A stretch of DNA of 64,000 bases, from assembly GCA_045632605.1 (NCBI GenBank), contig JAZQXA010000097.1, positions 18,020 to 82,019 on the forward strand. The letters run 5' to 3'. Shown one piece after another: positions 26,128-35,960 of this stretch; position 1 is the stretch's first letter, and each line of letters opens with the position of its first letter. Position numbers and translations under genes: made by a program. This stretch comes from Candidatus Flemingiibacterium sp. GTDB taxonomy: Bacteria > Bacillota > Clostridia > Oscillospirales > CAG-272. The notes below the pieces were generated by a model. The model was given only the letters and a program-made list of their open reading frames with translations. It was not told the origin of the DNA and made no database searches.

Positions 26128-27285
26128 TTACTGGATGGAGCCGATAACGCCCTCAACAAGCCAGTCGAACGACTGAAGCTCAGCATCGGTCATTTCAGCA
26201 CCTGCTTCTACACGAACTGCACCGGTGTTGTCCTTGAGTTCGCCGGCGAAAATCTTGATGGAGCCATCCTTGATTGCAGCTTCTGCTGCTGCAACTGCTT
26301 CAGCTGTACCCTCTGCACAGTTGTCTGTGAGAGTGTCAAGCGATACCATGCCTGCTGCAAGACCTTCCCAGTAGGTTCTGCCTTTCCATGTGCCTGCAAG
26401 GATAGCTTCGATATCCTGCTGATAGTAAACACCCCAATGGAAGAGCGGAGCTGTGAGGTATGCTTCGGGAGCTGCGGTAGGAGTGGAGGAGTTGTAGCCG
26501 ATAGCGAGAACGCCCTTTTCCTGTGCCGCAACCTGAGGAGCGGTGGAGTCGCAGTGCTGTGCGATGAGGTCACAGCCCTTGTTGATGAGCTCGAGAGCTG
26601 CATTTCTTTCAAGAGTGAGGTCAAACCATGTGTTTGTCCAGATAACTTCAACAGTAGCATCGGGATTTACAGAACGAAGACCGAGAGTGAACGCGTTGAT
26701 ACCGCGGATAACTTCTGCGATCGGCATTGCTGCAACATAACCAACCTTACCGGACTTGGAGTTAAGACCTGCAACGATACCTGCGAGGTAACGTGCTTCA
26801 TAAACTCTACCCATGTAGTTGCCGTAGTTGTCGCCGGTGATGTAACCGGTAGCGTGACCGAAGTATACATTCGGATAATCAGCTGCAACCTTTTCAACCC
26901 ACTCGCCGTGACCGAATGAGGTAGCGTAGATTACATTGTAGCCTTCTTCGCAAAGCTGACGGAGAGTAGCTTCGCAGTCGGAGGATTCAGGAACATTTTC
27001 AACATAGTGAGTCTTAATGCCCATAGCTTCGAGAGCAAGTCTGCCCTGGTCATGAGCGTAGGAATAGCCGAGGTCGCCGATAGGACCGACATAAAGGAAT
27101 GCTGCCTTGATGTCTTCCTTTGTGAGGAGGGTGCCTTCTGCATCCGCAACAGTTGTATCGTCTGCAACGGTTGTGTCATCGCCTGCTGTGGTTTCTTCAC
27201 CGTTATCGGTGTTTGTGCCGCATCCGGCAAGACAAAGGGTGAATGCCATGAGAACTGCTAAAAAGAGTGCTAAGAATTTTTTCAT
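26128..27285 (-). CDS. BMP family (PnrA/Med-like) ABC substrate-binding lipoprotein
   Basis: 385 aa. Signal peptide with lipobox LAGCG, a Thr/Asp-rich linker, then a BMP-type periplasmic binding fold (GPIGDLGYSYAHD, GYVAAMPIAEVIRGINAF). Confidence 0.9.
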   Translation of the reverse strand: MKKFLALFLAVLMAFTLCLAGCGTNTDNGEETTAGDDTTVADDTTVADAEGTLLTKEDIKAAFLYVGPIGDLGYSYAHDQGRLALEAMGIKTHYVENVPESSDCEATLRQLCEEGYNVIYATSFGHGEWVEKVAADYPNVYFGHATGYITGDNYGNYMGRVYEARYLAGIVAGLNSKSGKVGYVAAMPIAEVIRGINAFTLGLRSVNPDATVEVIWTNTWFDLTLERNAALELINKGCDLIAQHCDSTAPQVAAQEKGVLAIGYNSSTPTAAPEAYLTAPLFHWGVYYQQDIEAILAGTWKGRTYWEGLAAGMVSLDTLTDNCAEGTAEAVAAAEAAIKDGSIKIFAGELKDNTGAVRVEAGAEMTDAELQSFDWLVEGVIGSIQ

Positions 27286-27668
27286 TGCTTTTTTACTCCT
27301 TAAAAAATATTTTTAGGAAACACTAACTGTTTCCATAAAACAAATTATATCAGAAAAAGCGTCGAATGTCAATGAATCATAACGATTTTTTGAACGAATA
27401 GTGAAAAATTGTCATATTTACCACATTGACTAACTGAATAACTGCTTCGGTGTACATAATTTACCATACTGCCTATGATAAATATCTTATTGTTTTAAAA
27501 TTACGCACAGTATTTTACCCAAAATTCATGCAGAAATTTATATAGTTTTAATGAAATATTAAAAAATCTTAAAAACTATTTCCAATTGTCGAAATATGTG
27601 TTATAATATAAGTGTAATTAAATTGTCAATACGGTCAGAGCGACCGAGTTTCATGGAGGATTTTTCAG

Positions 27669-28784
27669 ATGAACGAGTCTTTGTACGGTGATCTCAGTGT
27701 GATAGGCACTCGCGGTTGTGAGAGCCTGACAGCCCAGGTCGATGCTTATTTAAAGGAATGGCGCGGAACTGATAAGAGCTTTGTGGTGCAGGCGGATTGC
27801 ACACGCTTCGGTACAGGTGAAGCAAAGTGCCTTATTCACGAATCTCTTCGCGGTCACGATGTTTATATCGTAAACGATTGCTTTAACTACGGTGTTACTT
27901 ACAAAATGTACGGTATGACAGTGCCGATGAGTCCAGATGACCATTATCAGGATTTAAAGCGTGTAATCGCTGCAATCGGCGGTAAGGCACGCAGAATTTC
28001 TGTAATTATGCCCATGCTTTACGAAGGACGTCAGCACAAGCGTTCCTCGCGTGAGTCACTCGACTGTGCAAGTGCACTTCAGGAGCTTGTTGCAATGGGC
28101 GTTTCAAACATTATCACATTTGATGCACACGATGCACGTGTACAGAATGCAATTCCGCTTTCCGGATTTGAAAATGTTCGTTGTACTTATCAGATGATAA
28201 AGGCTTTGTGCAAGACCGTTCCGGATATTCAGCTTGACCGTGACCACATCTCTGTTGTATCTCCCGATGAGGGCGGAATGAGTCGTTGTATGTATTATTC
28301 CTCTGTGCTTGGGCTTGACCTCGGTATGTTCTATAAGCGTCGAAATTATGCCGTTGTTGTTGACGGTAAAAACCCGATTGAAGCACACGAATATCTCGGA
28401 CGTGACCTCCACGGCAAGGATGCAATCGTCGTTGATGACATGATAAGCTCCGGCGAATCCATGCTCGATGTTGCGCTTCAGCTCAAGGGCAAGGGCGCAA
28501 AGCGTATATTCGTATTCTCGACGTTCGGACTTTTCTGCAACGGTCTTGAAAAGTTTGACGAAGCTTATGAGAGCGGTATTATTGATAAGATATTCACGAC
28601 AAACCTTATCTACGGCACAGAAGAGCTTATGAAGCGTGATTGGTATGTTCAGGTTAATATGTGCAAGTATATTTCCTACATTATCGACACCCTCAATCAT
28701 GACCACTCGATAAGCACACTTCTCAACCCCGTAACCCGTATCCACAATCTCGTTGAAAGACGCAAGAATCAGGAAAATCAGTAA
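27669..28784 (+). CDS. prs: Ribose-phosphate pyrophosphokinase (PRPP synthetase), long form
   Basis: 371 aa. PRPP-binding loop AIVVDDMISSGESM and a two-domain PRTase-like layout. RBS GGAGGA lies upstream. Confidence 0.8.
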   Translation: MNESLYGDLSVIGTRGCESLTAQVDAYLKEWRGTDKSFVVQADCTRFGTGEAKCLIHESLRGHDVYIVNDCFNYGVTYKMYGMTVPMSPDDHYQDLKRVIAAIGGKARRISVIMPMLYEGRQHKRSSRESLDCASALQELVAMGVSNIITFDAHDARVQNAIPLSGFENVRCTYQMIKALCKTVPDIQLDRDHISVVSPDEGGMSRCMYYSSVLGLDLGMFYKRRNYAVVVDGKNPIEAHEYLGRDLHGKDAIVVDDMISSGESMLDVALQLKGKGAKRIFVFSTFGLFCNGLEKFDEAYESGIIDKIFTTNLIYGTEELMKRDWYVQVNMCKYISYIIDTLNHDHSISTLLNPVTRIHNLVERRKNQENQ

Positions 28785-28832
28785 TTTGCAACGGTATTTT
28801 TGTTTTAAAAAATCAGTATAAAGGAGATTTTT

Positions 28833-30923
28833 ATGATGAAAACGAAAATTCTTGCAGCGGTGCTGGCTGTTATGATGCTGCTGGCTGCTGTGCCGATAAA
28901 TGCAGTGGTTTGTACTCATGAAGACGTTAATGCTGACGGAGTATGCCAAGACGAAAGCTGCAGTATGCAAGCACTTGCAAAGTTTGTCTGCGAAGACACA
29001 GTCGAATATCTCTTTACAGCAAATGCATTGGCGCTTAAGACTATCAACATGAACAATAACGGTACTGACGATACCTATACAATAACGGTTCTTGATGATA
29101 TTCCATCCGTTTCGCTTACCATTCTTGCGGATACAGTGACCCTTGATTTGAATGGTTTTACGATGGGATATACCAGAGGCGATTTCGGTAATATCGTGTA
29201 TCTTGAAGAAGAGGGTAATCTTACTATTATAGATTCATCCGAAAATAAAACCGGTTCGATGATTAATCCAACAGGCCCGGTTGTGGACTTTGCCCGTGCA
29301 GGTGCGGCTCCTGAATCCAATACTGTACTTACAGTCGAAAGCGGCACATTCAGCGGAAATGGAATCACCTTCTGGCTTGGCGGCGGTACGATCTATATTA
29401 AGGGCGGCACTGTTATCGGTAAATATCAGGCAAGCGACGGAAGCATTACCGGCGGACGTTTCTCGATTGACCCTTCAGAGGATCTTACCGATGAATATGA
29501 AGCTGTGGTAAAAGACGAATATTTTGTTGTACAGAAAAAGTCTGTTTCCGTTACCGTTCCGATTATAAATTCCGGCGACGGCAAGTCAGCGGAAGTTTCT
29601 GCCGCTATCAGCGGAGAAATCGCAACTGTGACTAATCTTGATCTTTCGGTAATTGGTGACGAGGCTGACAACGGTACTGTTACAATTGACTTTTCTGCAA
29701 TTGATACGGAGCTTACCGAAGTTGCGATTCCTGCTCAGGCAGTCAATGAAATTGCCGAAGCGGTAAGCACCTCGCAGTCGTTTGAAATCGTTTTTGCGGA
29801 CGGCGTTTCTATCGCGTTTGATGACAGTGCATTAGCGGGAATCACATCGCAGGCACAGTCCGGAGATATTACCGTTTCGATTAAGGATTTTGATATTTCC
29901 TCTGCCGAACCTGCACAGGCTGCTGTTATAGGTGAGCGTCCTGTATATGACATAACAGTAAAGAACGGTCAAAACAACATTTCAGCTATAGGCGGTAAGA
30001 TATCAATAAGTGCACCGTATACTCTGAACGAAAACGAGAATGCTTCCGGTATTGTAGTATATTATGTCGATGAAGCAGGCAATCTCGAAGCGTGTGAAAC
30101 TGAATATAACAGTGCGCTTGGTTGCGTCACATGGCTGACGAACCATCTTTCAGCCTATATGATTGCTTATGAGGAATCCACAACATATTCGGGAAGCCTC
30201 AACGGTCCCTTTGGAGTGATACTCTGTATGTTGAACCGTAAGGTTGATATTACTGCAGCTGCCAACGAAGGCGGAACAATTACTCCTGCCGGTGTATCCG
30301 AAGTTAAGTTAAACGACAGTATTACGTACACTATTACTCCTGATGAGGGTTATTATATTTGCGAGGTTCTTGTCGATGGAGTTTCCGTCGGCGCTGTGAG
30401 CGAATATGTATTTGAAAATGTCACAGAAGAACACACAATTCGCGCGCTTTTTGCTCCGAATGTAATTGATCCCGACGGAACAGTTACGCGTGCGATGCTT
30501 GTTTACAGTCTTTGGGGCATGGAGGATTGTCCCGTTGTAAACTATATTATGCCTTATTCTGATATCGATGAGAGTGCAGATTATGCAGAAGCGATACGTT
30601 GGGCGGCTGCTTCCGGCATTGTGCTCGGTTACGGCGACGGTACTTTTGGTCCCGAGGATACTTTGACCCGTGAACAGATGGCTGCGATTTTGTATCGCTA
30701 TGAGCAGTACCATGGTGGCGGCTTCAAAGGAATGTGGATGCTTTTTCTCGATTTTGAAGACCGTGCCGAAGTGTCCGACTGGGCATACGAAGCGATTTGC
30801 TGGCTTTTGATGAATGACATTTATGTTACTCGTGACGCTCTGCTTGCACCCGATGCTTATGCAACAAGATTGGAAATGGCAGAAGCTATATTAAAATACT
30901 GTGAATCCAAGGAACAGGAATAA
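28833..30923 (+). CDS. Secreted surface protein with C-terminal SLH (S-layer homology) repeats
   Basis: 696 aa. Signal peptide MMKTKILAAVLAVMMLLAAVPINA. Two C-terminal SLH-like repeats (YSDIDESADYAEAIRWAAASGIVLGYGDGTFGPEDTLTREQMAAILYRY, and FEDRAEVSDWAYEAICWL ... ATRLEMAEAIL). Confidence 0.7.
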   Translation: MMKTKILAAVLAVMMLLAAVPINAVVCTHEDVNADGVCQDESCSMQALAKFVCEDTVEYLFTANALALKTINMNNNGTDDTYTITVLDDIPSVSLTILADTVTLDLNGFTMGYTRGDFGNIVYLEEEGNLTIIDSSENKTGSMINPTGPVVDFARAGAAPESNTVLTVESGTFSGNGITFWLGGGTIYIKGGTVIGKYQASDGSITGGRFSIDPSEDLTDEYEAVVKDEYFVVQKKSVSVTVPIINSGDGKSAEVSAAISGEIATVTNLDLSVIGDEADNGTVTIDFSAIDTELTEVAIPAQAVNEIAEAVSTSQSFEIVFADGVSIAFDDSALAGITSQAQSGDITVSIKDFDISSAEPAQAAVIGERPVYDITVKNGQNNISAIGGKISISAPYTLNENENASGIVVYYVDEAGNLEACETEYNSALGCVTWLTNHLSAYMIAYEESTTYSGSLNGPFGVILCMLNRKVDITAAANEGGTITPAGVSEVKLNDSITYTITPDEGYYICEVLVDGVSVGAVSEYVFENVTEEHTIRALFAPNVIDPDGTVTRAMLVYSLWGMEDCPVVNYIMPYSDIDESADYAEAIRWAAASGIVLGYGDGTFGPEDTLTREQMAAILYRYEQYHGGGFKGMWMLFLDFEDRAEVSDWAYEAICWLLMNDIYVTRDALLAPDAYATRLEMAEAILKYCESKEQE

Positions 30924-30931
30924 TTTTATCA

Positions 30932-30966
30932 AAGAGGTTAAGTTTGGTGCTTAACCTCTTTTTAAC
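30932..30966. terminator. Bidirectional intrinsic terminator between the SLH gene and the TauE-half gene
   Basis: Stem AAAGAGGTTAAG pairs with CTTAACCTCTTT, flanked by a T-run on the plus strand. Confidence 0.8.
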
Positions 30967-31306
30967 TTTTTTTAAAAAGCGTCATAATGCCCGAGCCGAT
31001 AAGCAGTATGCCGAATACTTTGCGAATCAGCTCGGGTGAAGTATTTTTTGCAAGTACACTTCCTATGAGTGCACCTATCGAGCCGAAAATAATCAGAAAG
31101 CCGATGAGCTTCCAGTTGAAGCGGCGTTTTGTCAGATGAACAAGCATTGCTGCGCTTGATGAAAAAAGAAAATATACGAGGTTTATACCTTGTGCGGTTA
31201 ACTGTTCAACTGACGAAAAGAGCACGAGCCATATTACAAGCAGTCCGCCTCCTCCGATTCCGAGTCCAGACAAAACCGCGGTAAGAAATCCAACGATAAA
31301 GGTCAT
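30962..31306 (-). CDS. TauE/SafE (TSUP) family permease, half-size (4 TM), C-terminal-half equivalent
   Basis: 114 aa with four hydrophobic helices and Gly-rich helices (GLGIGGGGLLV). It has its own RBS GAGGTGA (31319-31313), 6 nt before ATG 31306. Confidence 0.7.
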   Translation of the reverse strand: MTFIVGFLTAVLSGLGIGGGGLLVIWLVLFSSVEQLTAQGINLVYFLFSSSAAMLVHLTKRRFNWKLIGFLIIFGSIGALIGSVLAKNTSPELIRKVFGILLIGSGIMTLFKKS

Positions 31307-31312
31307 TTCATA

Positions 31313-31711
31313 TCACCTCATAAAGCTGATTCCTGCCCAAATTACCATGATGGCAAAGAGCTTTTTTATAATTTTTACATTTAAGCGGTCAAGCAGCAGT
31401 GCGCCTGCAATACCGCCGAGCATTCCGGGAATAAGATATGGGACGGCGGCTCGGAAATCTATACTGTCGCCGTACGATACTGTTGATATAAGTGAGAGGG
31501 GAAGTATGACTGCAATCAGGGCGGCGAAACGGTCGCGGACGGCATTTTCATCCTTGTTCGGAAGCATTGACAGAGCAAACATCAGCACAATTCCGCCGCC
31601 CGTGCCGAGAAATCCGTTGACAACTCCGGCTAAAATTGCGAGAAATGCTATGAGGATGTTTTTAAATAGCGTTTTTTGCGATAATTTTGTTAAAGTTTTC
31701 ATGTTAATCAT
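31313..31711 (-). CDS. TauE/SafE (TSUP) family permease, half-size (4 TM), N-terminal-half equivalent
   Basis: From ORF 31313..31783. The start is probably ATG 31711 or 31702 (MINMKTL). It has Gly-rich helices (GFLGTGGGIVLM). The stop TGA lies inside the RBS of the next gene. Confidence 0.65.
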   Translation of the reverse strand: MINMKTLTKLSQKTLFKNILIAFLAILAGVVNGFLGTGGGIVLMFALSMLPNKDENAVRDRFAALIAVILPLSLISTVSYGDSIDFRAAVPYLIPGMLGGIAGALLLDRLNVKIIKKLFAIMVIWAGISFMR

Positions 31712-31837
31712 AATTTTTGGGTTGTATTTTTTAAAATTATATGTTATAATAATATAGTATATATTTTTTATACATAATTTCAATATTAAGTATAACCGCG
31801 CTTATACTTTAAGATACATCAAAAAAGGGGACAAAAA

Positions 31838-34594
31838 ATGCCTTCAAACAAGACTCCTGCGAAAAAATCAACCAAAAAACCTTCACGTCCGACAACGGCT
31901 CAAAGCCGCTCGTCCGCAAAGGGGAAAAATAATCAAAAGACAAAAGGCGGCGACCCGTCAACTCTTTTGCATCAGCTGATGCCTTATATACTCTGTCTTG
32001 TCGGAGTATTTATTCTTGTCAGCTATTTTATTGCCGATTCAACCGGATTTCTCGGCGGATTTTTGCGCAATATGATGTTCGGTCTTTTCTCCGGCGGTGC
32101 TTGGTTTGTGCCGTTTTTGCTTGTCAATATAGCTTTCTTCTGGAAGCGTGATGTTGCCGCAGGTTCGACCGGATATAAAATTACATTTTCTCTTATCTGC
32201 ATAAGCCTGCTTTCGGCTCTTATTCATGCCTTTTCGAGAAACGGCGGTGTCGAGGGCGTTTCCACATTCAATTTTATTGAGCTGTTCAAGCTCGGATGTG
32301 AGGCCAAAGGCGGAGGAATTATCGGCGGACTCGTTGGAAATATTCTTTTCGCTGCGCTCGGTTTTGCCGGAACGCTTATATTCTCAATTGCGCTGATACT
32401 CCTTTTTGGAATATTCCTTTTTGGAATGACGCCTCATATGTTTGCTGTTTATATTATTACCGGCATACGTGAGTGGCGGATGAGATTTTCCGACCGAATG
32501 GACGATGCCAAAGCGGAACGTGAGCAGATGCTTGCCGAATATGAAGCTGAACGTGCCGCACGTGCCGCTGAACGTGAGGCGGCAAGGGCTGCGGCTGAAC
32601 GTGAACGTGCGAAAAAGCAAAAGCAAAGCCGCCGTCAGGCTAACGACATAATCGACAGCGAAATTGACGACGAGGATGACGGTGAAATTTTCGATGCGGC
32701 AAAGGCTGTTGAAAGTGATGCGGCTGTAAATGTTCCGATTGACCCGTCGATTTTTGAAACCGTTAATGAAATTGAAACAGATGCACCGCCGTTTGATATT
32801 GACGCAATTTCGAAAGAGAGAATAGCGCCGCTTCCTCTTACCGGAGAGCAGGAGCTTGAAGCTCTTGAAAACGATGAAATTGATTTATCTAAAATATTTG
32901 TCGAACCAAGCAGTTCCGGAAATGATAGTCTTTCTGACGGTGTGTTTGAAAACAGCGAGGAGATTGTAACCTCTGCGGAAATTGACCTTATGGTTGAAAA
33001 GAGCAGACTTGCGTTAGAACCGATAATGACCGAGGTTTATGGCGAAGATGACCCGTCTGATGATACGTATATGAGCGTTTCAAACGGTCAGGTTAAGGCA
33101 GAACCGATTCAGGTTCCCGATTATATATTCCCGCCGATATCCCTGCTTCATTTTGATACATCTAACAGTAACTCTGATATGTCCGGCGAAATTCAGCAGA
33201 CGGCGACTAAACTCGTCGAAACGCTTCGCAGCTTCAACGTAAAAACCAAGATAATCAATGTGTCACGAGGCCCGACAATCACACGCTACGAGCTTCAGCC
33301 AGAGGTTGGAACAAAGGTGCGTTCCATTGTCAATCTTGTTGACGATATCGCACTTCACCTTGCGACTAGCGGTGTTCGTATCGAAGCGCCGATCCCCGGA
33401 AAAGAAGCTGTCGGTATTGAGGTTCCGAACCGTTCCACTGCAACTGTATATATTAGGGAGCTTTTAGAGGAAAACGCATTCAAGACCTCGCAGAGTAAGG
33501 TTACGACTACACTTGGCGTTGACGTTGCCGGTGCGCCGGTTTATCTTGACGTTGCAAAAATGCCTCACCTGCTTATTGCGGGTACTACCGGCTCGGGTAA
33601 GTCGGTATGTATAAACTCGCTTATCGTTTCGATGCTTTACAAGGCTCGTCCCGATGAAGTCAAGTTTATCATGATTGACCCGAAAAAGGTTGAGCTTAAT
33701 GTTTACAACGGTATTCCGCATTTGCTTGTTCCGGTTGTGTCTGACCCCAAAAAGGCGGCAGGCGCACTGCACTGGGCGGTAACGGAAATGGAACGCCGCT
33801 ATGAGCTTATTGAAGGTGCTGGCGTTCGTAATATCAAGGGCTACAATCAGTCTGTAGCGAATGATCCCGATGCGGAAAAACTGCCGCTTATCGTAATTAT
33901 CATCGACGAGCTTGCCGACCTTATGATGATGGCACGTGATGATGTTGAAGAAGCAATCTGCCGTATTGCGCAAAAGGCTCGTGCCGCAGGTATGCATCTT
34001 GTAATCGGTACACAGCGTCCGTCTGTTGACGTTGTTACCGGTCTTATCAAGGCAAACGTACCGTCGCGTATTGCTTTTACAACTGCTAACCAGGTTGACT
34101 CTCGTACTATCATTGATACTGTCGGAGCAGAAAAGCTCATCGGACGCGGTGATATGCTCTATGCGCCCATCGGAAGCCTAAAGCCGATGCGTGTTCAGGG
34201 ATGCTTTGTTTCCGACGATGAGGTTGAAGAAGTTACGACATTTATCAAAAACAATTACGGCACTAAAGAATATGACCAGAACGTCATGGATACTATTGAA
34301 CGTGAAGCACAGCTTTGCGGAAACAAAAAATCCACTGTTCTTGGTGACGGTGACGAGGAAGCAAATGATGGAGATCCCATGCTCAAACCTGCAATTCAGC
34401 TTGCAGTTGAATCCGGTAAGATTTCGACTTCGCTGATACAGCGCCGTTTACAGCTTGGTTACGGACGTGCAGCAAAGCTTATTGATACGATGGAGCAAAT
34501 GGGAATCGTCAGTCCCCCGCAGGGACAAAAACCTCGTGATGTGCTCATTTCAAAGCAGGAATACATGGAAATGGAATTACGGCGCGGAGAATAA
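31838..34594 (+). CDS. ftsK: DNA translocase FtsK/SpoIIIE
   Basis: 918 aa. N-terminal TM helices, a charged/acidic linker, a motor domain with Walker A GTTGSGKSV and Walker B VIIIDELADLMM, and a C-terminal gamma winged helix (SLIQRRLQLGYGRAAKLID). Confidence 0.95.
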   Translation: MPSNKTPAKKSTKKPSRPTTAQSRSSAKGKNNQKTKGGDPSTLLHQLMPYILCLVGVFILVSYFIADSTGFLGGFLRNMMFGLFSGGAWFVPFLLVNIAFFWKRDVAAGSTGYKITFSLICISLLSALIHAFSRNGGVEGVSTFNFIELFKLGCEAKGGGIIGGLVGNILFAALGFAGTLIFSIALILLFGIFLFGMTPHMFAVYIITGIREWRMRFSDRMDDAKAEREQMLAEYEAERAARAAEREAARAAAERERAKKQKQSRRQANDIIDSEIDDEDDGEIFDAAKAVESDAAVNVPIDPSIFETVNEIETDAPPFDIDAISKERIAPLPLTGEQELEALENDEIDLSKIFVEPSSSGNDSLSDGVFENSEEIVTSAEIDLMVEKSRLALEPIMTEVYGEDDPSDDTYMSVSNGQVKAEPIQVPDYIFPPISLLHFDTSNSNSDMSGEIQQTATKLVETLRSFNVKTKIINVSRGPTITRYELQPEVGTKVRSIVNLVDDIALHLATSGVRIEAPIPGKEAVGIEVPNRSTATVYIRELLEENAFKTSQSKVTTTLGVDVAGAPVYLDVAKMPHLLIAGTTGSGKSVCINSLIVSMLYKARPDEVKFIMIDPKKVELNVYNGIPHLLVPVVSDPKKAAGALHWAVTEMERRYELIEGAGVRNIKGYNQSVANDPDAEKLPLIVIIIDELADLMMMARDDVEEAICRIAQKARAAGMHLVIGTQRPSVDVVTGLIKANVPSRIAFTTANQVDSRTIIDTVGAEKLIGRGDMLYAPIGSLKPMRVQGCFVSDDEVEEVTTFIKNNYGTKEYDQNVMDTIEREAQLCGNKKSTVLGDGDEEANDGDPMLKPAIQLAVESGKISTSLIQRRLQLGYGRAAKLIDTMEQMGIVSPPQGQKPRDVLISKQEYMEMELRRGE

Positions 34595-34647
34595 CAACGT
34601 CACGGAACAAATTTACAAAGTTTTCGTCAAAACGAAAGGAATACCCA

Positions 34648-35325
34648 ATGTCCACATTTATTGCAATCGATGGGCTTGACGGCTCGGGTAAGGAAACCCA
34701 GTCCACAATGCTCGTCAGTACCCTTAAAATAAACGATTATGCGGTCAGATATCTGAGCTTCCCGATGTATGAGTCGGAGTCGTCGGCGCTTGTTCGTATG
34801 TATCTTGACGGCAAGCTCGGAAGCCGTCCGTCTGACACAAATGCATATGCGGCATCCACGTTTTTTGCGTGTGACCGATATGCTTCGTATAAAAGCGACT
34901 GGAAGCGTGACTATGACACGCTTGACAAGATAATTGTCGCTAACCGCTACACTTCGGCAAATGCGGTTCATCAGCTTTCGAAGATGCCCAGATCTGATTG
35001 GAACGGTTTTCTCGACTGGCTGTGGGATTTTGAATTTATAAAGCTCGGACTTCCGGCTCCGGATCTCGTTATTTATCTTGAACTTCTTCCCGAACATTCG
35101 GCGATGCTTGTTAACAGCCGTTCGGACAAGACAGGTCGCGTTAAGGATATTCACGAAAAGGATGCGGACTTCATGCGACGCAGCTATGAGGCGGCGCAGT
35201 TTGCTTCCGAAAAGCTCGGTTGGACGAAAATTAAATGCTATGATGATAACGGCATACGTCCGAGAGCAGACATATTTAAGGACATCCTTTCCGCTGTAGT
35301 TAAAAAAACTGGAATTTTACTGTAA
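34648..35325 (+). CDS. Thymidylate kinase-family (dTMP kinase-like) nucleotide kinase
   Basis: 225 aa. P-loop IAIDGLDGSGKETQ at the N-terminus, as in Tmk. The remainder is divergent, so the exact substrate is uncertain. Confidence 0.6.
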   Translation: MSTFIAIDGLDGSGKETQSTMLVSTLKINDYAVRYLSFPMYESESSALVRMYLDGKLGSRPSDTNAYAASTFFACDRYASYKSDWKRDYDTLDKIIVANRYTSANAVHQLSKMPRSDWNGFLDWLWDFEFIKLGLPAPDLVIYLELLPEHSAMLVNSRSDKTGRVKDIHEKDADFMRRSYEAAQFASEKLGWTKIKCYDDNGIRPRADIFKDILSAVVKKTGILL

Positions 35326-35398
35326 AATTTGAGGATATCTTTCCGAAAGGGAATATTCCTGCGAAACAATAATCTATAATTAATTCAGGAGGTATAAA

Positions 35399-35947
35399 AT
35401 GGTATATATGTTTCTTGCCGAAGGCTTTGAAGAGGTAGAAGCACTTTGTCCGCTCGATCTTCTGCGCCGTGCCGGTGTGAAAATTTCGACTGTCGGTGTT
35501 GGCAGCAAAGTTGTCCGCGGTTCTCACGGGATTGAGGTGATTGCCGATATCACTACCTACGAAGCGGAAAAAATGCTTCAGAAGAATCCGGCAGATATGG
35601 TCATTCTCCCCGGCGGTATGCCCGGCACTCTCAATCTGCAGGCGGATGATACCGTTAACCGTTTTATCACCTACGCTGTTGAAAACAGCAAATATCTTGC
35701 TGCTATCTGTGCGGCTCCGCTGATACTCGGTGAACGAGGACTGCTTGAGGGAAAAGAAGCTATATGCTATCCGGGATTTGAGGACAAGCTTCACGGTGCG
35801 GTAATATCGGAAAAGTCTGTTGTATGCGACGGTAAGTACATCACCGGCAAGGGAATGGGCGTTGCACTTGAATTCGGGCTCAAGCTCGTCAGTGTGCTTG
35901 TTTCAGAGGAAAAAGCAAACGAGCTTTATGTCGCTGTTCAGGCGTGA
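35399..35947 (+). CDS. DJ-1/PfpI (ThiJ) family protein
   Basis: 182 aa. Nucleophile-elbow context LAAICAAPLILG. RBS AGGAGG lies upstream. Confidence 0.85.
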   Translation: MVYMFLAEGFEEVEALCPLDLLRRAGVKISTVGVGSKVVRGSHGIEVIADITTYEAEKMLQKNPADMVILPGGMPGTLNLQADDTVNRFITYAVENSKYLAAICAAPLILGERGLLEGKEAICYPGFEDKLHGAVISEKSVVCDGKYITGKGMGVALEFGLKLVSVLVSEEKANELYVAVQA

Positions 35948-35960
35948 CTGCGAGGTCGGA

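Noticed and set aside
28104-28970. 288-aa minus-strand ORF spanning the 3' half of prs and the start of the SLH gene
   Set aside because: It overlaps two well-supported plus-strand genes and their intergenic RBS. It has no start context, so I treat it as a shadow ORF.
30962-31783. Split TauE/SafE genes as a frameshifted pseudogene
   Set aside because: The downstream half has its own well-spaced RBS (GAGGTGA, 6 nt, ATG) overlapping the upstream stop. Both halves are complete 4-TM units. I therefore interpret them as a genuine two-gene arrangement, pending comparison with relatives.
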